From Pseudomonadota bacterium (GTDB lineage Bacteria > Bdellovibrionota_G > JALEGL01 > DATDPG01): DNA of 43,796 nucleotides. The notes below the pieces were generated by a model. The model had not been told where the DNA came from. It did not search any database and saw only the letters and a program-made list of their open reading frames with translations. A program made the position numbers and the translations under genes. Location: contig JAZDDX010000012.1 of assembly GCA_043809315.1 (NCBI GenBank), forward strand, positions 1 through 43,796. Direction: 5' to 3'. Of the stretch, positions 30,177-38,633 are shown in pieces. Position 1 is the stretch's first letter. Every line of letters begins with the position of its first letter.

Positions 30177-30518
30177 ATGAAAGTGCGGAATCAGAAGTTG
30201 TTCGGAATGTTGTTCGGGACCGTCTTGGTCCTTTTCGCGACCCAGGCGCTCGCCGCCGACGAGGCGGTGAAGGTACCGCTCGGGGACGAGGTGAAGAAAT
30301 GGCTGGCGGTCGGCGCCGGCTTCGCCATCGCTCTGGCGAGCTTCGGCGGGGCGCTCGGACAGGCGCGCGCGATCGCATCCGCGGTCGACGGGATCGCTCG
30401 GAATCCGGGGGCGGCCGGGAAGATCTTCGCACCGACGTTGATCGTCGGTCTCGCGTTGATCGAATCGCTGGTGCTCTACGCCTGGATCGTGGCGCTCCAA
30501 CTCAGCGGCAAGATCTGA
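30177..30518 (+). CDS. atpE: ATP synthase F0 subunit c with an N-terminal signal-like extension
   Basis: GGALGQA, GIARNP loop, [11 protein letters not shown] (essential Glu); AAGGAG SD. Confidence 0.96.
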   Translation: MKVRNQKLFGMLFGTVLVLFATQALAADEAVKVPLGDEVKKWLAVGAGFAIALASFGGALGQARAIASAVDGIARNPGAAGKIFAPTLIVGLALIESLVLYAWIVALQLSGKI

Positions 30519-30522
30519 GCCT

Positions 30523-31629
30523 CTGACCAAGCGGGACTATTACGAGATCCTCTCCGTCCCGCGCGACGCGCCGGACGGGGAGATCAAGCGGGCCTACCGG
30601 ACGCTGGCGAAACAGTACCATCCGGACCTAAACCCCGAGAACCGCGAGGCGGAGGATCGATTCAAGGAGGCCTCCGAGGCGTACGAGGTTCTCCGGGACC
30701 CCGAGCGAAGACGGATTTACGACCAGTATGGTCACGCCGGGCTCGAGGGGCGAGGGTTCCACGGCTTCTCGGGGGTCGAGGACATCTTTTCGAACTTCGG
30801 GGACTTGTTCGACACCTTCTTCGGGTTCGGCGGCTCGACCGGCCGGCGACGGAGCGGCCCGATCGCGGGGGACGATCTTCAAACCCAACTTCGGATTCCG
30901 TTCCAAGACGCGGTTTTCGGTTGCAAGCGAGAGATCGACGTCGCACGGGACATCGCCTGCAACGTTTGCGGCGGGTCCGGCGCGGAGCCGGGACACACTC
31001 CGGAACCCTGCCAGACCTGTGGGGGGCGGGGACAGGTCCTGCGCTCCAGCGGCTTCTTTTCGATTCAAACCACCTGTCCGCGCTGCCACGGCTCGGGACA
31101 GTTCCGCTCTCACCCCTGCAAGAACTGTCGCGGAAAAGGGCGGGCGGAGGAGCGAAAAAAAGTGACGGTCGAGATCCCCCCCGGGGTCGATCACGGGATG
31201 CAGATCCGGCTGGCCGGAGAGGGGGAGGGAGGGGTCCGCGGAGGCTCACCCGGCGACCTTTATCTCCGTCTTGCGGTGGAGGAGGACCGGCGGTTCCGTC
31301 GTGAGGGGGAGAGTCTGTTCCGGGAGATCGAGATCCCGATGGTACAAGCAGCGCTCGGTGCGGAAATCGAGGTCGAAACGCTCGACGGACGGGAACCGGT
31401 TGCGATCCCGCGCGGAACCCAGCCGGGGGATGTCGTCACGCTTCGCGAGAAAGGGGTCCCGCGCCTGAGGAAATCGGGCCGGGGGGACCTACACCTGATT
31501 GTCCGGGTCGCGATCCCGAAGCGGATGACGCAAAAACAGGAAGAACTTTTGCGGGAGTTTGCTGGCGAATCGGGAGAAAATGTAGCAGCCTCGAAAAAAG
31601 GGTTTTTGGGTCGACTGAAGAAAAAATGA
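30523..31629 (+). CDS. dnaJ: Class A J-domain chaperone DnaJ, apparent CTG start
   Basis: KRDYYEIL...YHPD J-domain from 30523, G/F region, four CxxCxGxG repeats, C-terminal domain. The ORF track starts only at 30805 because there is no ATG/GTG/TTG ahead of the J-domain. Confidence 0.95.
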   Translation: MTKRDYYEILSVPRDAPDGEIKRAYRTLAKQYHPDLNPENREAEDRFKEASEAYEVLRDPERRRIYDQYGHAGLEGRGFHGFSGVEDIFSNFGDLFDTFFGFGGSTGRRRSGPIAGDDLQTQLRIPFQDAVFGCKREIDVARDIACNVCGGSGAEPGHTPEPCQTCGGRGQVLRSSGFFSIQTTCPRCHGSGQFRSHPCKNCRGKGRAEERKKVTVEIPPGVDHGMQIRLAGEGEGGVRGGSPGDLYLRLAVEEDRRFRREGESLFREIEIPMVQAALGAEIEVETLDGREPVAIPRGTQPGDVVTLREKGVPRLRKSGRGDLHLIVRVAIPKRMTQKQEELLREFAGESGENVAASKKGFLGRLKKK

Positions 31630-33797
31630 GACACCTTCTTCTTGTTTTCTGGATTCTCCTTTCCACCGTCGCGCGGGCGGAAGACGCCGCGGCGATCCGC
31701 TATCGACAGATGGGGCAGGAGTACATGCGCTCCGGGCAGTACGCTGCGGCGGCGAACGAGTTCTCTCGAGCCGCCATTCTCGAACCGAAATCGGCCGACT
31801 ATTTGTGCGATCTGGGGAACGCTCAGCTGGCGGCCAAGCGATTGGATGAGGCGGAGGAAACGTTCCGAAAGGTCGTGGTCCTCGACAAGAAATCGGCCGC
31901 AGCCCACGCCGGGCTCGGAACGATCTATTTCGAACGCCACAACGACACGGTGGCGGTTCAAGAGCTGGAACAGGCGCTCAAATACGACCGTGGCCTGCCG
32001 GGCGCGAACCGTCGTCTGGGGGATCTCTACCTTCGGATGGGGAATTTGAAAGAGGCGCAACGGCACGTCGAAACGGCCGCGATGGAAACACCGGACCAGG
32101 CCGACACCTGGATGCTTCTCGCCGACCTCCAATGGAAACAGGGTGCGATCCGAAATGCCGTCTACAGCTACGGACGGGCGCTCGGGGCCGATCCAAGACT
32201 GGAGTTGGCGCACCGGCGTTTGGGGTTGGCGGCCCTCGACGAGAAAGAGTTCCGAAACGCGGAAGAGCACCTGAAAGCGGCGACCGAACTCGATCCAAAC
32301 CGGGCCGACACAAACTCCGGAATGGCGCTGGCCCTGCTTCGACAGGGGAAGGGGGCGGACGCCCCCCCCTATATCGAGAAGGCACTTCGGCTCGACCCGA
32401 AGCCGGCGGAGAGCTGGAAGATCGCCGGCGAAATCTATTCGGTTCGAAAGGAAAACAGCCGGGCAAGGCAGGCGTATGCCGGCTATGTGGAGCGGCGCCC
32501 GGACGATCCGGTCGGGCAACGCTTGTTGGGGACCGAAGAGCTGGGCTTGGGAGATCTCCGCTCCGCGGGGCGACATCTCAAGAAAGCCGCGGACCTCGAT
32601 CCGAAAAACGCCGAGACTCAGCAACGGCTCGGACAGCTATTCGTCCGCGCAGGCGATTTGCCGGGCGGAATTCGAGCGTACGAGCAAGCGATCCGGCTGA
32701 ACCCGAAGTTGTTCGATGCCCACTTCGAATTGGGGAAAGCGTACGCAAGTCAGAAATCGTATCCGCTGGCGGAAAAGAGTTTCGAAAAAGCGGTCGACCT
32801 GGATGACGATCGGATCGACGCGCGGTATGCGCTCGTGTCGATGCGAATGGTGCAGGAGAATTGGAGTGGGGCGATCCCCGAACTCCGCAAAGTCACCCGG
32901 AGCGATCCGAACCACCGTGCCGCCTGGACCGATCTTGGGCGGGCCTACGAGGAGACCGAGGAGTTCCGATCGGCCGCGGAGGCTTACGATCACGCGGCGG
33001 GGCTCGCGACCGGGGACGCCGAACTCAAATTTCACGGCGGGCACGCCTACCTGAAAGACAACCAGATCGACAAGGCGATCGAGCGGCTGGAGGCGGCGGT
33101 CGGCCTGCGGGACAAATACCCGGGGGCGCACGCCCAGCTCGGAATCGCCTACTTCAAGAAAGAGGAATTCCCGGCGGCGAAGAAACATCTCGAGACGACG
33201 CTCGCTCAAAATCCGGCGGACATCGAGGCGCGCTATTACCTCGGATGGCTTGCGTTCAAACAGAACGACTACGATCGAGCGCGGCCCGAGCTGGAACGGG
33301 TGGTGGCCCAGAAACCGCAACACTCCGACGCCCAAGCCCTCTTGGGGGAGATTTACGGGAAACTCGGCATGGAAACGAAGGCGATCGCTGCGACCGGCCG
33401 GGCGATCCAGCTGGAGGGGGCGGCCGCCTCCACGAAACCGGAGAAGCATATCGATTTCGGATCCCTCCTGCTCGAGGGGGGGGATGTGGGAGGCGCCATC
33501 GCGGAATACCGGCGCGTTTTGGACCGGAAGCCGACCCAGCATGAGACGAGAATCAAGCTGGCGGAGGCATACACGCTGAACGAAGAGTGGCAGAAAGCGG
33601 AAAAGGAATACCGGAAAGTTCTCGGGGCGGAGCCGAAGAACGAAGAGGCGAGGTTCGGGCTTGCGGAAACGTTATGGGAGCTCAAGCTCTATCCTCATGC
33701 GAAAGGTCAGTATCGGCGGTATCTTCGCGACCACCCCACGGGCCCGCACGCCGACGAAGCCAAGAAGCGAATCGCGAAGCTGACCCAGAAAAAGTGA
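31626..33797 (+). CDS. Exported long tetratricopeptide-repeat protein
   Basis: Signal peptide ending ARA-E; continuous 34-aa TPR periodicity; ATGA overlap with dnaJ. Confidence 0.92.
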   Translation: MRHLLLVFWILLSTVARAEDAAAIRYRQMGQEYMRSGQYAAAANEFSRAAILEPKSADYLCDLGNAQLAAKRLDEAEETFRKVVVLDKKSAAAHAGLGTIYFERHNDTVAVQELEQALKYDRGLPGANRRLGDLYLRMGNLKEAQRHVETAAMETPDQADTWMLLADLQWKQGAIRNAVYSYGRALGADPRLELAHRRLGLAALDEKEFRNAEEHLKAATELDPNRADTNSGMALALLRQGKGADAPPYIEKALRLDPKPAESWKIAGEIYSVRKENSRARQAYAGYVERRPDDPVGQRLLGTEELGLGDLRSAGRHLKKAADLDPKNAETQQRLGQLFVRAGDLPGGIRAYEQAIRLNPKLFDAHFELGKAYASQKSYPLAEKSFEKAVDLDDDRIDARYALVSMRMVQENWSGAIPELRKVTRSDPNHRAAWTDLGRAYEETEEFRSAAEAYDHAAGLATGDAELKFHGGHAYLKDNQIDKAIERLEAAVGLRDKYPGAHAQLGIAYFKKEEFPAAKKHLETTLAQNPADIEARYYLGWLAFKQNDYDRARPELERVVAQKPQHSDAQALLGEIYGKLGMETKAIAATGRAIQLEGAAASTKPEKHIDFGSLLLEGGDVGGAIAEYRRVLDRKPTQHETRIKLAEAYTLNEEWQKAEKEYRKVLGAEPKNEEARFGLAETLWELKLYPHAKGQYRRYLRDHPTGPHADEAKKRIAKLTQKK

Positions 33798-35512
33798 AGC
33801 GCGGCACGATTCAGATTCTCGCCGCCCTTCTGACGTTGGTGTGGATCCGGCTCCTTCTCGCGGTTTTCTATTTCGACACGCCGATTCCGATCGGTCCGAT
33901 CTCCGACTCTTGGATCTATTTCGGTCTCGGCCGTTGGTTCGGGGCCACGGGAACGATGCCGGCGGAGGCGGTGTTCCACCCGCCTCTCTACCCCTATCTT
34001 CTCGGCTGGATCTTCCGCCGGTTCGGCCCATCGCCGATCCCGGTTCTCGCGCTTCAGAGTCTCGCGGGGATTACGTGGGGACTCATCGTGATCCGGTGGA
34101 CGCAGCGGTGGGCGGAGCGGAGCTGGATGCCATGGGTGACGCTCGGGGTTCTCGTCTTCTCGGCCACCCCGGTCGTCATGATGGAGTGGCGTCTCCTTCC
34201 GGAAACATTCGCACTCCTGGCCGAGGTCGCGGCGATCGAAGCTCTCTGGCAGCTTCAAAAAGGAACGTGGCCGAACCTCGGGTCGGTGATCGTCTCCCTC
34301 ATCATGGCGTTTCTCATCCTCCTGCGTCCGAACTTTGTTCTGGCGGTTCCGATCGTCTGGATTTGGGGTTTTCGGGAACATCGAAAGGGAAGAGTTTCTC
34401 TCGGGTTCTTCGCCTGGAACATTGTCGTCCTGGCGATCGTCACGGCGCCGATCGTGGCGCGGAACCACGGATGGGGGGCGGGAATCGCGCTGAGCGCGAA
34501 CTCGGGGATCACGTTTTATCAGGGGAACAACCCGGCCGCGCGCGGGGGATATACCCAGCTACCCGGGGTCGATTCCGACGTCACACGACAGAACGAGGAC
34601 GCCCGCCGCCAGTCGGGGGAAGGAGATCTTCAAACCTCCGACCATCATTGGTGGCGGGAGGGGGCAACGTTCCTGGCGGGGAATCCCGGTCGAGCGGCGC
34701 TTCTCGCGCTTCGGAAAGGGGGCCTCTTCGTCAACCCGACCGAGCCGGGAGGCGACATTCCGTTTCTGTTCGAACGCCAGCGGCTTCCGGTTCTCTATCC
34801 GCTCGGCACGCTCAACTTCACCGTCCTTCTTCTGCTGGCGATCGTCGCCGTTCGTTTCGGGCGAAAGAAAAAAACGCCGTGGGGATTGTTCGCTGGATGG
34901 GGCGCCGTATCGTTCGCCACCTGCATGCTGTTCTACGTGAACGGGAGATATCGCCTTCCGATCTGGCCGATTTTGGTCTTCCTTTCGGTGCTCGGCCTGG
35001 AGGAGGGGGTGAAACGGCGGAAAGAACCGGTGGTTTGGTTGGTTCTCCTGGCGCTCCCCGCAATGATCTGGATCGGCTGGCGCGTCCCCACGGCACCCCG
35101 AACCCAAGTCACCGGATGGCACAACTGGGGGACCGCCTGGGAGCATTTCGGTTTCGTGGAGCGGGCTCTTCCTTCCTATCGGAACGCGCTCGCGATCGAT
35201 CCGGGTCATCGGCCCACCCTCGAAAACATGAGCCGCGTCTATTTGGCCGTTCCCCGGATCGATCGCGCCAAAACCGTTCTTACCGAACTGATCACGCGGC
35301 ACCCGGATTCGTTCGTTGGGCACAACAATCTGGCGGTGGTCTATCTCTTGGAAAGAACCTGGGACGAGGCGATCTCGGAAGCGACGATCGCGCTCCGCCT
35401 CCGACCGGGGAACAAAGCGGCGGAATTCAATCTCCGGAGGGCACGGGAACTGAAATCGATCTCGGTAATCGGACGAAGAAAAGCAATGCTTCAGGGACCG
35501 ATTTCCCGGTGA
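33794..35512 (+). CDS. Polytopic membrane glycosyltransferase (GT-C, ArnT/PMT-like) with C-terminal TPRs
   Basis: DS..Y, PPLYPY, RPN, FYQGNNP, RYRLP motifs, many TM segments, then TPRs; GTGA overlap start at 33794. Confidence 0.8.
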   Translation: MKRGTIQILAALLTLVWIRLLLAVFYFDTPIPIGPISDSWIYFGLGRWFGATGTMPAEAVFHPPLYPYLLGWIFRRFGPSPIPVLALQSLAGITWGLIVIRWTQRWAERSWMPWVTLGVLVFSATPVVMMEWRLLPETFALLAEVAAIEALWQLQKGTWPNLGSVIVSLIMAFLILLRPNFVLAVPIVWIWGFREHRKGRVSLGFFAWNIVVLAIVTAPIVARNHGWGAGIALSANSGITFYQGNNPAARGGYTQLPGVDSDVTRQNEDARRQSGEGDLQTSDHHWWREGATFLAGNPGRAALLALRKGGLFVNPTEPGGDIPFLFERQRLPVLYPLGTLNFTVLLLLAIVAVRFGRKKKTPWGLFAGWGAVSFATCMLFYVNGRYRLPIWPILVFLSVLGLEEGVKRRKEPVVWLVLLALPAMIWIGWRVPTAPRTQVTGWHNWGTAWEHFGFVERALPSYRNALAIDPGHRPTLENMSRVYLAVPRIDRAKTVLTELITRHPDSFVGHNNLAVVYLLERTWDEAISEATIALRLRPGNKAAEFNLRRARELKSISVIGRRKAMLQGPISR

Positions 35513-38500
35513 TCGAACGAAGAGCCTCGGCGTAGAGAGAGAGCTGGGGGGCGTATGCCTCCACACGGGCGGCGAGATCGGCGTCGGACACCCGATCGGT
35601 TTTGTAGTCGACCACGATCAACCCCCCGGGTTCCTCGAAGATCAGATCGATCACTCCCTCGTAAAGCGTCCCTTCTTTCCGGAACGAGAACGGCGTCTCC
35701 CGATAAACCGCACGGGCCCGTGCAATGCGAGCGAAAAGATCGGATTGGAGTGCGTTCCGGGCGAGCATTTGAAGCTCGGCGGCCGCGTCCGGAACTCCGA
35801 ACTCGGCTGCGGTTGCGTGGCAGAGAGTGGGAAGGGTCTCCATCCGGGGTACGGGATCGATCCGCTCCAAAATCGCGTGGAGGGCCGATCCGATCGCAGC
35901 CGCCGATGAAGAACGGAGGCCCGAAGAAACCTTCGGTCGATTGTGCCGGACCAACTCGGTCGCGGTCCGGATCGCGAGGCCCGGGATCCAACCCGAATTC
36001 CGCTCATCCAAGAGCTTCCGGACCCGAACGTTCTGCCGCTGGAGAACATCGTCCGGTTCGGAGCGGGTCACCTCTTCGTCGGAGCGGCGGGGCTCCCGGA
36101 GAGGGAGGGCGGAAACCGGAATCGTTTCCGTCCACGGGGCGCCGGCCGGGAGCGCCGGCTCGAGAAGCGCCCAGAGATTCCCGGGCGCGCCTCGCTGGGT
36201 CGGGAAGTAAGGGAGGATCAGAAGATCCCGCGTGCGGGTGCAGGCGACATAAAGAAGACGGCGGCGCTCCTCCTCGCACCTTCCCTTTTCCGCCGCCGAC
36301 AACCCCTCGAACTCCGGTGTCGCGAACCGTTTTTCTTTCGCTCCGATCCCGAGCGCCAACTGCCCGCGGAAGCGGTCGGCGACGACGATCTCCCGTTGAT
36401 CGGACTGCGCGGTCAGTTTCGCCAGAACCACTACGGGGAACTCGAGCCCCTTCGCTTTGTGAACCGTCATCAGGCGGATCCGCCGCTCCTCCTCCTCGGT
36501 TAGAGGGGACTCTCCCTGTCGCTCCGCCTCCTCCGTCCGTTCTCGGGCCCACTCGGTGAAACGGTCGAGGCTCGCCCCCTCAAGACGTTCGTGCGCGCGG
36601 GCCAGCGACAGGAACCGCTCGAGATTCGCGACCGCCTGCTCGCCGTGGGGTCGTGCGAGGGTCAACGGGATCGCGGAAGTTCTACGGAACAGTTCCCGCA
36701 CGATCTGCGACGGAGCCAGAGATTCGTGCACCGCATGGAGATCCCTAAGGACCGAGAACGCGGCGGGGATCGGCTCGGGAAGTCCGGAGGTGTCGGCCCG
36801 GCGGTAGTCGAGCGGGATGCCGGTCCGGGCCAGAAGCGAGAGATCCTGATCGGAAAGAGCGAACAGAACGGAGCGGAGCGCGGCGACGACGGCGATCGGG
36901 TCGGTGGGGTGGGCGATCGCATCGAGCACGGAGAGGGCGGAATGGATCTCGGTCCGTTGGTAGAAAAGTTGACCCCCTTCGAGGGAGAAGGGGAGGTCGT
37001 AGCGGCGCAGGGCCTCCTCGTAGAGATCGATGTCGGTGGTGGAGGGGAACAGAATCGCGACATCCTGCGGCCGGATCGGGCGGAGAACTTCGGTTCGGGG
37101 GTCGAAAATACGGGGGCGCGGATCATCGATCAGCGAACGGAGACAGGCCGCGATCGCATCCGCCTCGGCCCGCCGGGCAGCCGGAGCGCTGTCCGCGGGG
37201 CCGGGGACGGGATCCTCCACGCGGAGCACCGAAGGGAGACCGGGCGGGGAAAGGTGGCCGGCATCCGCCTCGATCGTCTCGTAGCCTTCGGAAAGGACAG
37301 TTCCGAAGATGGCGTTGATCCAGGAGACGAGCGGCGGGGAGGCGCGAAAATTCTGCCGGATGACGAGGCGGCTTCCCGCGCGAGCCACATGGTCCCGCGC
37401 GGCCGCGTACACCTCGATCGAGGCGCGCCGGAACCGGTAGATCGACTGCTTCGGATCCCCGACGATGAAGAGTTTTCCCGACGTGAGGGGCAGCGCATCC
37501 CAGCGGGAGGGCGTGCGGTCCCCCTCGGAAGCGAGAAACCAGATCAATTCCGTCTGAACCGGGTCGGTGTCCTGGAATTCGTCGACCAGGATGAACCGGT
37601 ACTTCCTCCGAAAATATTCGCGAACATCGGCACGGAGCTTGACGAGGTCCCGCGCCTTGAAGAGGAGGTCGTCGAAATCGAGTTTTCCGGCCGACGCCTT
37701 CTCTCGTTCCACGAACGAGACGAACGAGGAGAGCCAGCGCAGCAGATCGGCGAAGATCTCCGCCCGCAATCGGCCGTGCGCCTGTTCCAGGCGCTCGCCG
37801 AGCGCCTTCATCCGGTCCTTCTGTTCGCGGCAGATCTCGGGGTCGGCCCAGTTGGCGCGGTTTCCTTTGGCGGAGGCGCGCAGGCGGATCAGAAGAGCGC
37901 GTTCCTTGGTTGCCCGCGTGGCGTCGCGAACGGCGTCCGCCTCGCGGTGCAGCGCCTCGATCTCCCGGTAGCCGGCGTCCTCGACGTTCACGCACGAACG
38001 AGAGGCGAGGGACCAGAGCGCTTCCGTTTCCCGGAGAAGGGCCGCGAAAAAAACCTCCGGATCGAAGGTCGAGCGGACGAGCGAAAGCCCGGGCAGAAGG
38101 TCCCGGTGGGCGTAGAGCTCCATCGCGAGCTCCCCCACCCGGTCGAGGGAGATCCCGGCGGCCAACGCGCGGCTCAGCGGATCGACCGACGCGGGGATCC
38201 GGTCGAGCGCCGAGGCGAGCCATCGGTCGTACGCTCCCTGGAGGAAGAGGTTCCCGGCGAACGCATCCAGCTGTTCGAAATTCGGATCGACGGCGGCCTC
38301 GAATGGGCGCTCGCGCAAGAGCGAACCGGCGAACGAATGGATCGTCGAAATCGGGGCCCGGTCGAGCTCCTCGATTGCGTCGACGCGGTTTCGCTTCGTG
38401 AGTTCCTCGCGGATCTTGTCCCGGAGCTGGGCGGCCGCCTTCTCCGTGAACGTGATCGCCACGATCTGGGAGGGGGTCGCGGCTCCGCTTTCCACGAGGT

Positions 38501-38633
38501 GAACGAACCGGTGGGTCAGAAGGTAGGTCTTCCCGGTCCCGGCCCCCGCCTCGACGCTTACGGGGCGGGCGGTCTCCGTGATCGCCCGGTGGCGCACGTC
38601 ATGATCGACCGGGCGGATCTCTCGCGCACTCAT
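35427..38633 (-). CDS. addA: UvrD-type helicase with C-terminal PD-(D/E)xK nuclease (AddA-like)
   Basis: AGAGTGKT, TFTEKAA, STIHSF, VDEFQDT, VGDPKQSIYRFR, MTVHKAKGLEF, RLLYVACTR, GVIDL...VDYKT. Confidence 0.9.
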   Translation of the reverse strand: MSAREIRPVDHDVRHRAITETARPVSVEAGAGTGKTYLLTHRFVHLVESGAATPSQIVAITFTEKAAAQLRDKIREELTKRNRVDAIEELDRAPISTIHSFAGSLLRERPFEAAVDPNFEQLDAFAGNLFLQGAYDRWLASALDRIPASVDPLSRALAAGISLDRVGELAMELYAHRDLLPGLSLVRSTFDPEVFFAALLRETEALWSLASRSCVNVEDAGYREIEALHREADAVRDATRATKERALLIRLRASAKGNRANWADPEICREQKDRMKALGERLEQAHGRLRAEIFADLLRWLSSFVSFVEREKASAGKLDFDDLLFKARDLVKLRADVREYFRRKYRFILVDEFQDTDPVQTELIWFLASEGDRTPSRWDALPLTSGKLFIVGDPKQSIYRFRRASIEVYAAARDHVARAGSRLVIRQNFRASPPLVSWINAIFGTVLSEGYETIEADAGHLSPPGLPSVLRVEDPVPGPADSAPAARRAEADAIAACLRSLIDDPRPRIFDPRTEVLRPIRPQDVAILFPSTTDIDLYEEALRRYDLPFSLEGGQLFYQRTEIHSALSVLDAIAHPTDPIAVVAALRSVLFALSDQDLSLLARTGIPLDYRRADTSGLPEPIPAAFSVLRDLHAVHESLAPSQIVRELFRRTSAIPLTLARPHGEQAVANLERFLSLARAHERLEGASLDRFTEWARERTEEAERQGESPLTEEEERRIRLMTVHKAKGLEFPVVVLAKLTAQSDQREIVVADRFRGQLALGIGAKEKRFATPEFEGLSAAEKGRCEEERRRLLYVACTRTRDLLILPYFPTQRGAPGNLWALLEPALPAGAPWTETIPVSALPLREPRRSDEEVTRSEPDDVLQRQNVRVRKLLDERNSGWIPGLAIRTATELVRHNRPKVSSGLRSSSAAAIGSALHAILERIDPVPRMETLPTLCHATAAEFGVPDAAAELQMLARNALQSDLFARIARARAVYRETPFSFRKEGTLYEGVIDLIFEEPGGLIVVDYKTDRVSDADLAARVEAYAPQLSLYAEALRSITGKSVPEALLFFVRLPRSISVPVPSGD

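Noticed and set aside
31626-33797. Repetitive region as a CRISPR array or DNA tandem repeat
   Set aside because: The periodicity is at the protein (TPR) level; no identical spaced nucleotide repeats were seen here or elsewhere in the window.
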